The notes below the pieces were generated by a model. That model searched no databases and was not told the DNA's origin. It worked only from the letters and a program-made list of their open reading frames with translations. Of a stretch of 64,000 nucleotides of DNA, positions 49,851-63,700 are shown in pieces. Each line of letters starts with the position of its first letter. Position 1 is the stretch's first letter. Made by a program: the position numbers and the translations under genes. This DNA comes from Cycas panzhihuaensis (taxonomy: Eukaryota > Plantae > Cycadophyta). The stretch is taken from contig CM041465.1 of the NCBI GenBank assembly GCA_023213395.1, positions 151,287,741 to 151,351,740 of the forward strand, given 5' to 3'.

Positions 49851-52800
49851 TTTTTAATCTATTTTGAGCCTTAAACTATTATAAATGAGCCTTTAACTTC
49901 TTAATTTTAAATGAAACTTATTTTTTATTTCTTTAATAATCATCAATATCCATCATCATATATTTAGAAGCCTTCAAAATAATTTTTAAAAATGCCAAAA
50001 TAAATCTTAAACTACTCAAAAAATGTAACGTTTATGATGTCAAAACCACTTTACCCAACTTTAGCCATTAAAATCTTTATCTTCTTATTTCTAAAATATG
50101 CCTTGTTACCAATTGTTTCAATTGCCTTAAAATCATTTTCTAACACAACTGATGGCTCAAAAAATGGACTCTTAAATGATAAGTTATGATTAAAAAACCA
50201 TCAGTATATCCTCTTACTTAAGAAATTGATGTTAGCCTCTTTAGTGTTGTGCTCCTAGTTACATCATCAACTCCATGTAACCAGTGGCTAAGATGAAGGG
50301 GGCTCCATGAAATTTCAAATAGATTCTAATTTAGTTAAATGTATTTTTAACAATGCAAAAAAATTCAATATAACTTATTAAATTTTCACACTTGCCACTC
50401 CAATGGATACTAAACCATTATCTAAAATAATTAAAATTTTTAAATAATTTATATTTTTTTATGTATATTAAATTTTCAGACCTATGTAGTGACCGATCTA
50501 TGATTTTCTTTGTAAATTAAATTGCAATGATAAATCTAATGTTTATCACCTCTACTATGTAGGCATCAGCGATCGTAGTGTCTTTCCAATAATGGAAAAT
50601 TACCCATTAGCTCTAAGTCATGATTTGGGCAAGGATGAGTAGAGCCATATTTATGAATAAGGTATATAATCTACACTTTCAAATAAAATCACAACTAGAT
50701 GCAAAAATTTCCATAGGGTGCAGTTTCTATTTTATAGTATAGGTAGTTAAATCTTTGTACATGGTTGTTATGTACTATGCAATTATAGAGATAGTATATA
50801 TTGACCTATCATGTACTCATCTAACTTAATGTTTCATTTAATATATGAAATTTATTATCTACAAATATTAGATCCCCTCTATATGATATAATCCTACACA
50901 AGATATCTTAAAAGACTAATAAATTTTGATCTAATGCCATTGAACCACTGATTTCTTTATCAAATGTAATAATATAAATATTATCAACTTTATTCAAATA
51001 AATGGTGAATAGTTCTCTCTGCCAAAATTATCTATATTATATTAAACAACCATGGTAGTTATCCTACACTCTAAATATATGTTATGAATTGAAAATTATC
51101 CACCTTCTTATTAGTAAGTGAAGCTTGGAGAGGGCTTGTTAATAAGTTTGAAATTGAAGGGCACATTAAAGATAATTTTTTCAACACCTTTCTATATTAT
51201 CATCATTATTATGACTAAAGGACTCAAACATGTTATTATTTATTTATTTGTAAGTTTATGTTGTTGAAAATATGGGCCTTTTACGTGCTTCCTATATTAT
51301 GTTAGGTCACTTTTATCTTATAGTGTGATAAACAACATCAACCATATAATTACTCTATTATTTTATCCATTAAAAGATGAACATGAGTTGGACCTAGGGA
51401 TGAATCTTATAAAAATACCTTTTAAGATGTAATAAATATGGTCCCACTAAGATTTCTTAATCATGATTGTATGCACATAATGATCCTAACTTGAAAAGAG
51501 GAGTTAATTGAATTTATAAATTAGAATCTTTGCATGAGAGTTGGTGCATCTCAATTAAAATCAATATTAACTAACTTGTGCATTACCTTAAGCTTGATAA
51601 TATAGATTGTGTTCATGTAAATAAATCATCCATCTTAAGGTTTCCTTACTGCTTAAGAAAGTTATTATTTGAGATTATTAGGATTACTCATATGGAAGTT
51701 AGTTTCCTTACAAGAGTTGGTCACACTTGGAAGATTGCAAAAGAGAAAATATATGTTAATTCAAACTAGTAAACAACTCTTGTTTTGATTGAACATTTTG
51801 ATTAAGGACTATTTTTGGCTATGATTAATCTGCTTTGATTAAATGGGCCTCCAAGGGGGCGATAAGTGTAGTCTTTATCTAGAATATCTTTATTGACTTA
51901 GAAATTATAGTAGTCAAGGCTTATTAAAAAGGAATTTAAAGGATTGGAGTCTAATGTAACCCTCTCACTAGTTGGAAGGGCTTAGTGCAAATTTTCTCAA
52001 CTAAGATATGTAGGAGATGGGTTGACAATCTCATTATCTTAAATTATTTGAAATTCAGCAACCATAACTAATATAATATTTCAATATGTTTAGGGAATTG
52101 AAAGATAAAAGTTTTCTAAATATCTCCCCTAATGTAATATTTTTTATTTTAAAGGAACAATATTCATCCATACAACTAATTACCTTTGGGCCACATCACA
52201 TTAGCTAATTATTATATTAAGTGTAATCATTAGTTTATTTACTAGCCATTTTACATCATGTTGTGTTCATTAGCTTTATGAGATTCACTTAACCTAAGAT
52301 AAATGTAAAGGATCTTGGTTAATGAAATTTGATATAATATATTAGGTTAAAATTGCACTTAAGAAATATTATGTTGTTTCCAATGCTTAAAGTTACATGA
52401 TATTTTAGTCATGGCCACTTTGAGCTTTCCTTTATTTAAGTAAGTTATACAATACCCTTTTAAGGTGATTTAAGGCAACTTACGAGATACTACTTCAAAA
52501 TGCATAAGTTCACATAATGATTTCATTTATCAAAGATTATATATCATATATTGTTGTTTGTCTACTAAAGATAAGCTTGTTAAGTTAGAATACCCAAATC
52601 ATACTTGCCTTATACATTGTAGAAGGGAATCGATAATTCACTTATTTTAGTGGTGCCCTCCACCTAAATTAACATGCTTGGTCTTGGGTCACACAAATCT
52701 CCCAACCATATTGGAAGTTTCCATTTCATTAGAATTCAATTCTTGTGGCAGATACTAAGCCTTGGTTTGCAACATTTACATTTACTTATTATCTACATGG

Positions 52801-55249
52801 GTGGAAGTTTTCCTTATTATTTGGAAGCACATAATTAATGTGTTCTTTAGGGATGCTTTCCCAATATATTTTAATACCTAAATAAGGAACTCTATTGTAA
52901 TCAATTATGCTTTATAAATTGGTGGTCGGGCAAGTAAGGACCAACTAAAATTCTTCCATTTAAAACATCTATAATAATCCAACATCAAATGTTAAATTAA
53001 AAAGGCAAGTTGGTTGTGTTGATTACTAGTTTGACCAGTGCATATAAATATATAGGAAGTAATGTGAAGGATTGAATTTTTTACTTTTTTTAATAAATAT
53101 ATTACCTTAGAGTTACGCCATCTCTTACTAGAATCAATTTGTCACTCTTTATTGCTTGGGCTTATGCCAATCTACTTGGGCTCACCCTCAGATCCCATTT
53201 ATATTAAGGGCTTAATTCCATCATCAATGAGTAGAGTCCCACTTCAAGACAAAAGGCTTTTGTGTGTAACAAAAGTAGCAACAAATAGAAGGTATAACGC
53301 TTAGAGCAACTATGAATTAGGAAGGCCCCATCTAGGAAGAGGAAGAGTGAAATTATAGAATATTCCTCATGTACCCTTGCCCATATCTTCTAAGAGTCAT
53401 CTAGCCAATACTAGCTTGAATAAAGTTTTTGCTAAAGCAAAAGATCATGGGTATGGAAGTGGCATCTTAGCTAATTAGGACCCAGATCCTCCCAATTATT
53501 TCTTGATGATTTGTAGTTATGTCATCCTATTTTATGGACTAATGCATTATTATTTTGTTTGTTGGGTACTTCGTAAGAACAAGGACTTTGTAAGTATGAG
53601 GACTAACTATTTGTTTCTTGCAATTATAAGGAGCCTTGAGATTTTTGTAATCCCTCAATTGAGGTTTATTTTTGTTGTAACAATATGTAGCTTTTCTAAA
53701 TAATAGAAGCATCTTTTGAACAAATAACAAAAGAAGTTAATTTACACGAGTTTCTCTTCACAGAACAATGCATTGAGCTACTAGGTTCAATCAATACAGG
53801 GTTTTTTTTCTATCTCTATCATATGAATCAAATTACATTAAAATATTATATTTCCCTCAAACAATGCTACTAAGCACCTCATCACAGCAGTCAGTCTCCA
53901 CCTTTGATCATATTGAATTAGAAGCCTCAAGCAAACTTGTAATCTCTTTTGACCACATAACTAGTCATCTTATTCTATAATGTTCCTTCAATACAGCGTT
54001 TATTACACCACAATACATTAACTAAATTATGATCCCTTTTATGTTGGTCTACAAAATTAAAAGAAAGGTGGATGCTTAAGCAGTGTATCATAGAACAATG
54101 TGCCCACACTTTTTAAGTGGCTCCCATGTAGTATAATAAGGTGAAATAAACAATTGAAGATTGTTAGATTCTAAGGTTGGCCATTTTAATGTTTTAATAT
54201 AGTGAATACAACCAATGCTCTTAATAATTGTGCAAAATGGGTCTCATAATTATAAAACTGTATGATTCACTCTTGTAATTAGAGTAAGGTGACAAAGTCA
54301 ACTATTGAAAGCACATTAATCTAAAGGACCTATAAAACCTATAACTACTCCATATGAACCTCTCTAACTAGAGTTTCTTGGTTGCATCAGTGATGCAATT
54401 ATTTAAAACAAGAAAACTAAATTTAAAGATTATATGTTCCTAAGACTTGTTTATTAAAAGGGCCCAAAGTTTTATTTCCAAAAGACTAAGGGATTAAGTG
54501 AAGGACAACTTGTTTGATGTATGATATGGTAAGATAACACATAATCCTTCCCCTTTGAAAGTTCAAGGGCCATTGTTTTTCCAATTGGGATTAACGAAGA
54601 CTATTAGAGCATGTGTAGGGTTCAGCTATGTGGAGGTGTTTCTTGAGGTGATTACTATAGTCAAACCAAATATATAATCAATTTGAAAGAGGAAAATGTC
54701 ACAACCATACAACATGAGCAAGGGACTTCTTATGGTGCTCATATTGCCTTTGTGTTTTCTAGAGCTTGAGAACAATATTTATTATATGGAAAGTAGGCCA
54801 AATTTTGTTCCTTGATTTCTTTTATGCAAAAATAGAGATAAAGTTATAAAAAAAGGCTTTGAAGTCCACACATTGGTGGAGATATCTATCCCACACTCCT
54901 TGAGTGGAACACATTCTAACCCTCCTCCTAGCCATTATTACTTACTGATATGTGGTTATTAAATAGGTTTGACTCTAAGGATAGAATACTCAAAGAGAAT
55001 CTCTCTTCTCCTTCTCACCTCCACCCCCCACTCAATGTAAAAAGGTGACTATGACCTAATAAGATAAAACAATTACATGTGAGTGAGGATACTTCTGACA
55101 TTTTCTAAGCCCTCCTTACATCTTTTTGTCTACATCACTCACTCAATAAAAGGTTTGAGTTGAGTTTTGTCCTACATAAACCCTAGATTTAAAAAAAAAA
55201 AAAAAAGTTGCTTACCCACATAAAGAAAAATCACATGCACACGTGCAAA

Positions 55250-56050
55250 TTCTATTTTAAAACTTGCCATGCAATTGAGAAACGAACCCCCCTAAAATTA
55301 AGAAGGAAAAGTTGGAGTAAGAGCTAACATTAGCGTAATCGCAAAATCTCCATCTTGTAGGAGAATTAGAGGCTAATTGAATGGCATTTCCCATGTGACC
55401 CCACATCCCTGGCTTTTAAAGCTGCACCCTTCTATGTGACCACCCCTTCCAATCCACCTAAACTTGATAGTGCCACGGTCTCGGATTCAGAGGAACTAAA
55501 GCAGCCAATCACAAGAGTCCAAGGGAAGGGGTCAAGAATTTGTTGATATGACCACCTACTACCTTCGGGTTAGCCATCCACTCAACTTACTATTTCCAAT
55601 AGGCCGGGATTTGGTGCACCATCGCTGACCACGGTTAATGTGAACTTAATCCTTGGAATTCTGCTTTTAGCGCCCCCATTTCGTGGAGTCCATCTCTATG
55701 TGGCATCATACTTCCTTCGTTCTATAAGATCCATCTGTGTGTATGGTTCACCAGGAGTAATCAATCCAGTGCACTAGCAGACTGCAGGTGGGTAGATAGC
55801 AGTGTCTCCCAGCTTCACATTGATCTTCGTACGTCCAAATTATCTTGGATTTGGATCCTAGCAGCTTAAGATCGGATTTCGGCTGGCTGTTATGCTAATG
55901 TTCATGCCATTCATTCTGCAGAGAATGAGCCGCAGGTTGCAATATTAATGAAAATGTCCTTAACGTAACGTTATATAACATTTGGGGTGTGGACATCCTT
56001 AAATCTGGCCAGTTATCTGCCTCAGATAGCATCCATTTAACATCTTTAGC
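55250..56050 (+). promoter_or_regulatory. Probable promoter/5' region of the DnaJ gene
   Basis: CpG reappears after ~55.2 kb. CCAAT box (agccaatca, 55503) and TATA-like tataaga (~55723) and ttatataa (~55971). The TSS cannot be fixed from sequence. Confidence 0.35.
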
Positions 56051-56819
56051 TGCCTCTGCTTTTCTGTTCAAATTCACGATCTGCATTGCCATTTTCTCCC
56101 CCTGAATCCACACAGCCGGTTATGATAAGCAGAATCTCAGTAATAGTGCGCAAATTAATCGCTTCTGCTATTTTTTCGACAGAATGTGCAGCGGGAATCC
56201 TCCGTTATTTATCAAGAATAATTGTCAAGATGCAGCTTTTTCCTCTGTTATACTCTTTATTGTTTTTGAGTTCTTGTCTCGGAATTATAGAATTTGCTTC
56301 ACATTGCGTGCAGCTTAAAGTCTTATTTTTCAGATGCCCGTTTGTATGTATCTTCCCTGTTGTCTCTGTGGAAATGAAAGATGTTCACATAGAAAGTAGT
56401 ATTTGAGAAGGAATAGGAGTTTCAGTCGAGTCTCCGCGGGTGCCTTTGGAGGCTTTATGTAGGTTTCTAGGCAGAGCTTGCGCTTAGAGTTATTTGCTTC
56501 TTAGATATCCTACTGGTTTTAATATAGAATAATTAGATAGAAAAAGCATAAGAATTGATTGCTGGTCAAATGTTCTCAGTGGTCATTAGAATTAGGATTA
56601 TTTCATCACCTTAGTTATACATGCGGTGCTTATTTTCCTTATTTTAATGGTAAATTGGCGAAGTATGTTTCGTCTGATGGTTAATTCATGGCATTTGCCA
56701 TTTAGTAGCCATGACTCCCCAAGTACACCTGCAACACAGACCCCAATGTCAATTGTATAACGCACCTGTATACGACGAGCAGAAGCCTTAAGCACCGAGC
56801 GAGCGTAGATTGCCGGGGT

Positions 56820-57705
56820 TGCCTTTTTTTTTTGTGGCGTGTGTGCTGTGCACTGTTTATGCAATGTTCAGCTGTTATCTGTTTCCAATCATTATTGGCC
56901 GCTCACTTAGTTCACACCTTATCGAGGGAGCTAGCTCTTCTTTTCTTTCTCTTAATCCCTCCCTATCAATCCTTTTCTGCTTCCAAAAATATCCCCGCCT
57001 TCACAGCTTTTTCCCCTCCATTTTGTTCATAACCAACACTCAAGCCTTCTGGCACTCAGAAGGCACATTGATATAGCATGGTGGTTTGCTTTTATTTGCT
57101 AGGTATAGGCCACGAGGTCAAAACACCTTATAGTGCTGAAAATCTGTTTCTCAGCTATGCCATCCAAAAATTCCAGTGCCAAAGATCTGCCCAATCCTTC
57201 AATAATCTTTTTTATGTAGATGATCAAACATTTCAGAATTTGATAAATAGACTATTACTACAAGGGAGAATCAGCCGTTGGCTACTACTTGTTTTAGGAA
57301 TTCTCTTTTGAAATTATTGTGAGAGAAGGCAGTATGCAAATGGAACCAGTATTATGCCTGGAGAGTTAATTCCAGTGGCAGACATAATACTGGTTCCAGT
57401 TGCATTATGCTCCCCTTTTTTCCTTTTTCCCTCGTCGGTGGCACATGCCTGTGCACTTTCCTCTTTACGCGATGTTCAGCCATTCTATATTAGCTGCTTG
57501 CTCAGGTCACAATCTGCACTGTGAGATAGTTTGCCTCTTTCGTTTCCTCGTCCTTTCCGGTTCAATCCATTTCTCGTTTCAAATGGATCAACCCCTTCAC
57601 AGTTCTTTTACCTCTCTTTTGACTATTTCTGATACTTAATCCTTTTAACACTCACCATACACGTAGTTTAGTGGTGGTTTATTTTTGTTTACCAGGCATA
57701 GGCTA
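56820..57705 (+). repeat. Two diverged ~290-bp direct repeats (56820-57115, 57415-57705)
   Basis: Co-linear shared blocks: ctgtgcact, atgttcagc, cttcacag, tggtggttt, agg(t/c)ataggc. Confidence 0.65.
57329..57410. ncRNA. Candidate small-RNA hairpin (32-bp arms, 18-nt loop)
   Basis: tggaaccagtattatg / cataatactggttcca form a perfect 16-bp core within a 32-bp stem. The inverted repeat is certain; RNA function is not shown. Confidence 0.35.
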
Positions 57706-59071
57706 CATGTTATAGTCCATGGGAAGTGTCATAGTTACAATGTTTAGTATTTTTACAAAAATAATTCCATATTTTCTTGTGTTAGATAATATTCCAAAAT
57801 GTCACTCGAAGTCAATTCCCGCAATCGATTGGCATTGAAGGCATGCACAGTGTCGTTAGAGTCCTCCACAACCTCCATGAAGTTATTCCTACGCTCTGCA
57901 ATTGTTTTTATGTGTTCTACAGCGTACAATTGTAGTTGTTGTGGTTCTACTCCCAGAACCTGTATTTATTAGCAGCATAGTTTTCTGAAATGGCAAAATG
58001 TTTTAAAGAGTTTTTCTTTTAAAACATTTCAAATTCACCCCCAAAATTTTAAGAATTGCTGTGAGTTGTGGGTGTACTCATGATAATCACGTAGAATTGA
58101 AAAAAACTATAATTCAAAAAATAAGAAATATGTTTTTGAAACAATGTGAACCAAAGAACTACCGAAAACACAACAAATACAGGCCATGCTTCATAAACAG
58201 CAACGCGTTCGCTTTGTTTTTCTGGGTCAAAGTACTACATTCTTTCTGGAAGAACGTCCCATTCTTTCCAAGATCGTGTCGGCATTATGCGTGTCTGAGA
58301 AGCTAGAATTTGAAAATAGAGCAGAGAAGAATGGCGCTACTAGATATTACTCGTCAAAAACTGTGCAGATGAAGAGCAATTTGGTGGCAGAGAACAACCT
58401 TTGCAATTGTATATGAAGTTTCCAGCAATACAGTGCCCTAAAAATGAGAATTAAAATGCGCCATGTTGAGAGGGAACAACCATTTTAGATTTCCAAGACA
58501 GGTTTGAAAGTTCTTAAAATCCTAGCCTAGGTCGTTTTGGGGGCCAAAATGATCTGTTCTGAGGCCCCAAATCACCCACGTTTCAGACTGCAACATTGGG
58601 GGAGGCCTAAGTGACGCAGCAAACCCCCTCTTTCCCCCACCTCCGTGCCAAGTTTCAGAGTCACAACCGGTAGGTCCAAAGTCGTGATTCTTAAAAACTC
58701 ACTTGGAGATAAATAATTGATTATAACATTGTCTTACTGTTTTAGGCCATATTTTTGTGTACTTTATTCTCATAACAGGCTTTTTTCGTACAAGTTCGAA
58801 AAATGTACATTAAGATTGTGCTTTCTATATACAACAAGATATAGGTTTTAATCCACACATGTTATTGTTATTCCCAGTCTACTAGGGCTAATTTGCTGTT
58901 TTCTTGCTGAATGGAAAGGACGAATATGCACGTTTCAATATTTCATAAAAATGGACAAGTAAATGTGTATTGCCTTTGCTTTTGCTTGTTTTGGAGTTCA
59001 TATTCTATTCCTGATTGCGCTTATATTTGTTTTGTAGAAATTAAAACCAAGATTGAGCAGAATTGCATGTC

Positions 59072-59314
59072 ATGGGTGAGGAACCTTGTGAAGAATTGAA
59101 AACTACTCTGGAGCAAGCAAGTATTTATTTGGATAAAGGGCAATACGACAATGTCTTACTGCTGATGGAGAAGCTCGAACAAAATTTTACTGGCTTTAAA
59201 GATGTTTTGGAGCTAGTGTCAATTGCAGAAGTTTGCTTTGCTGCAACTAAATCATCTTGTTCCTGTACAAAACCACAGCAGAGTAAGGGCCTTGATTGGT
59301 ACCTCATTTTGAAG
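59072..59314 (+). CDS. First coding exon of a DnaJ/J-domain protein (remaining exons not found in the window)
   Basis: Acceptor ttttgtag at 59037, ATG at 59072, 81 stop-free codons ending LDWYLILK (J-domain helix I), and a phase-0 donor AAG|GTAAAT at 59315. Confidence 0.8.
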
Positions 59315-60786
59315 GTAAATGACTTTTAATAATTTGTTTGTTTATATGTATGCCATTTGTACTCCACTGTTTCTGGCAATGCCTATCTCACGTACACTCA
59401 TCATGGGTTGCCAATTCAATAGCGGTAAATCTCATCAAATAGACTTGAATCAAATCTTAAAGGGCTCAGATATTCCATCAATTTTATTCCTTCATTTTCT
59501 GCTTTCGGCATAATCCTGTTCCCTGTCTTTCTTCTTTTTGTTCTTTGTGTAGCTTCTTTCTGTAGTTGTAAAATTTGTATTCTAGGTCGCCTAAAGTGTA
59601 AAACGTTTTGGCTTTGTACTTCTCAGAGTTTTGGTGAGCAGCCCAAAAGTTTCAAACAATAATGTTTTGAAAAGAGAAAGATCTCAAAAATGTGTGCATA
59701 GCTTGGCAGTTAACATAATTTCATTATCAACCTGGAAAGCTAACTTATTTGAATCATGATAAATTAATCATTGTTCAGATGACAGAAATGCTGAAACTTT
59801 TAACCATTACAATTCCCATTTAAGGATATGTTTGTAAAAATACTGATGTAGGATTCAAAACAAAAATGTATGTGCAGAATTTTGTCGGCATTTTCAGCGT
59901 GCAATGTGAGATGGGGTAGGAGATGTCGTGCTTGCCAGTGCAATGTTTGGATGTATTTTGATAAGCTGAGGAAATATTACAATGCATGTTGGTACCTTTG
60001 CAGCATTGTCATATTGCCTACCCTCTTTAAGAGTTCGGTACTACAGCATCTATTTTTCTTATGTATTTGGCAGCAGCTTATATAAGTTCCCAAGTTTATG
60101 CTCGATTATGGTTGTGCCTATGCTCATGTTTTATTGTAATTTGATTCTATTAATTGAAGTAATTATGTAATCAAACAAAACACACACATTATGAAAGGCA
60201 ACATTGGACTCACTTCACAGGTGATATCCAAGACAGATACCACTCTAATGGGACAGGAAGCTACTAAAGCCAATTGAGTTTATTAATTCCACCATACAAT
60301 AACTGAAGAAAGTGGCCATAGGCAGACAAATGGGTCAAGTTGGCCAAGTCCAAGCAGATGTCCAACTAGCCAGTAGAAACTTGTGGCCATTTGTCCCACA
60401 TACATTCTGTTGACATTTAGGTTTATGCACAGGCACAAGGAAAAGGAGGAGCTTGTAGAGGTTCTGAGATCTTGCTTCCGGTTCATATCTCTATTGCATT
60501 CTGGTGTTTGTAAGGGATTGATCAGGGAAAGGCAAAGGCAACTTTCATCTCGCTGTTTTATATTCTTCCATTGGATTGAGTAGTGTTATATGAGAGTTGA
60601 TCATACCTCACCTCTTTGTGAAGATGACATAGGTTGTGCCTAGCACAATTGCTGCATCAATCTGTTAAAAGTATGTCTAATTTTAACTCATTCTTTCTCA
60701 GAGTCGATTGATGAGTTGCATTAGGTAGGTCTTCTCTTGAGCTGTACTTTCTATTCTTCTCTCTCACATTCAAGAGCATGTACAGG

Positions 60787-63700
60787 TGTAGTCTCTCTCA
60801 TGCAAAAGCATGCATGAGTTGCACATTGTTGTTTCCCTGTGTGTGTGGCAAGGTACAAACAAAAGATAGATTGCAATTAGCAAAGGCAAACAGACTCCAG
60901 ATTGCAACCACAGATTGTAAACAGGACTCAGGTTGAAACTGTAGATTGCAAATAGGACTAAGGTTGCAACCATAGATTGCAAACAAAATCCAAGTTGCAA
61001 CCACAGATTGCAAACAGAACCCAGGTTGCAACCATAGATTGCAAGCATGGCCTAGGTCACACTTGGCGATTACAACCAGTTAATGGATTGTAATCTAAAC
61101 AAAGATTAAAATAAGTTTAAAGATTAATCATAGTGATTAAGTAATCGGTTCAAAGAGCAGTTACACCTGCAACTGTATAAAGATGTAAGTACTTTATGTT
61201 GTGACATCATAGATTTAGGAACTCTCTTATCTTCTTGCTATATGGCTTTAGCCGAGTTTGCTCTTGTTGAATTCTTGGTTTGCACCATTCTTAGAACTAC
61301 ATCTGGTTGTGAGAGAACCAGATGCAGTACCATGTTTGATTAATATAGATGGATGGTTCATGTTTAAACTTGCACATTTTCTGAATGTTTACTTGTGTTT
61401 CTATATCTCTTATGTGAAAGAATGTTAGTAGTTGCCTAGGGATAACTAAACACATATTGGTTCCATTGCCATCTCACATGAACCCTAGAGGGGAGACAAG
61501 CAAAACAGATATGAGAAGGTAAAGGGAAGCAGGGTCTTTCCATGCCATTGAAAGATGACTCCGAATTACGAAAAAAACATGCCAAATACAAGGTAATCAT
61601 TGAGCGACTGAAAGGCTCCAACAAGGACCACGTAGACCTAGAATTCCAGTCCAACCAAAGAAACAGGTGAAGAGGAGACCCCCTATGAGGTCGAAGAAAG
61701 AAATGACCTAGGGAAAGGAGGAAGACAATGAGAGGTCTACGAAATCAGAAGTAAGAGGAAATCAGCCCTAATTCGACAAACCAAAGTCCAGAAAGAAGCT
61801 GAGGAAAAAGACCCGGAAGAAGATCCAGTTAGTGACAGAAATCTACCATCAGACTCAGAAGCATCCAAAATTTTGAATTCTTCAGATAACAAAAATGATT
61901 CCATAATTGTGGAAGTTTATAGTGCAACTTGTGAAGGGTGGTATCACTGCATTATGGAGATTAGGAAACCCCTCACCCATATCTTGAATCCCCTATTCAT
62001 GGGAGAAAACTTTATTGGGTTGACCTAGTCAAGACGTTATACTTCACAAGGAGAAGGAAACCATGATTAGATGGGGAGTACGATTGGGAATTCTCTTGGA
62101 GTTAGCAGAAATCCACCACTACTTGGAAGTGGAATGAATGTGGGTAGTAGTAGCCCACTACAGGGGACATCATTACATACATTGATGGGAGGTGGCAACA
62201 ACTAACCACCAGTCACTAGTGCGAGCACAGCAGGGGGATTGATGGCAAGAGGATCAAGACAAGGAGGCTCAACCAAAAATGTGGTAAGTGGAGCATAGTC
62301 AATAGCCCCCTATGTAATTATACAAAATGATGTTGCTTTTGGCAATTTGTAGTTCGATGGATTTGGAGACCCAAGAGACCACCTAGCATTGTTCACGAAC
62401 GTGTTGAAAATAAAAAGGATCTAAGATCAAAAGGAGATTAAAGCCAGATTCTTCTCAACATTGGGGAGAGTTGCAATATCCTAGGATCAATATGTCACTA
62501 CACAGAATCTAACATGGGATCAGATTCAGATCCAATTCTTAGATCGGTTCCAGAGGCTGCGGGATCCTTTGGCCATATTCCAAGCCTTGGAGGAGATTTG
62601 TCAATTCCAAGGGGAATCTGTAAGTGATTTTCATGGCAGATTAAGAATAATCATGAATAAAATGGATTTGACAACTCCAATCAACTCCACACTTGCGTTG
62701 AAGTACTTCGTTCAAGGATTAGTGTCATAGTTGAAGGAAAAAGTGATGTTACAACCTATGAATAGTTACAAGAACTGGTGTTAAAATTTGAAAACCAAAT
62801 GAAGATGGAAGATCTGTAGCCAACAATGCAGATAGGTCTAATGGGAACTAGTTTTCAATCATTTGGAGTACAAATACAACAACCAGGAGCAAACTGGCAA
62901 CAAGGAATAAACTTTCAAGGTGCACAACCCCAACTGTTAGGACTTAATATGCAACATATACCCCAAATGGGAACAAACTCAGAATTGGAGAGGAAGGAAG
63001 TGGAGGCTCTAAAACAACAGCCATCAGTTTCAATGCTAGTAGCATTACAACAAAGTTACGAAATTGAAAAGCTGAGAAAGGAATTGGCCCATCTTCGAAT
63101 AGACAAAAGCAAGGATAATGTACCCTGTCGTCAACTAGGCCACTTGCGGAATGAGCATCAAGAAATACCCATCATGAAATGGTCTAAAATTTTTCGAAGG
63201 AACAACCATAATACTTGGGAGTGTTATTATTGGTCACCAAACAAAGGACAAGGATGCAAATTAGAGGTAAGGGACTCCTTTTACTAGAGAATGGACTACA
63301 ATTCCTTTAAACAATACAAGGGGAGAACAAAACCCATCAGATGCCATTTGTGTTCGAGATGGGGCCACTTTCATTTAGATTGCCCCTTGGAGAAAAAAGG
63401 TGGTGAGTATATTTGTGAGAAATGTGGACTGATAGACCATGAATGGGTGAATTGTTCGAAGAACCCCAATACCAACATCCAAAATTCAAATTTGGTGGCC
63501 AAGATTCTTAATCAAGAGATGTCATCCTATTTGCAAACACAGAGCAGAAAGGCTACAACAACTCCAGTTGTACAAAATTTTCTAGACCTAACTATGGAAA
63601 AGGAGTGGCTCCAAAAAGTAGTAAAAGCCTTGCAAAATGCAATGAAAATAGTGCAATAGGAAGAAATATAGCAAGGTAATAGATTTAAAGGGCATACATA

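Noticed and set aside
57444-57470. Resemblance to miR408 (gtgcactttcctctt)
   Set aside because: Several mismatches and no complementary star arm.
57996-58700. AT-rich 12-bp hairpin and possible hAT-MITE TIRs (~58043, ~58690)
   Set aside because: Low complexity, imperfect, and no TSD found.
59870-60583. Further DnaJ exons
   Set aside because: No HPD or J-domain continuation appears in any listed frame.
60869-61045. CRISPR-like array
   Set aside because: The units are contiguous with no unique spacers, there are no cas genes, and the context is a eukaryotic LTR.
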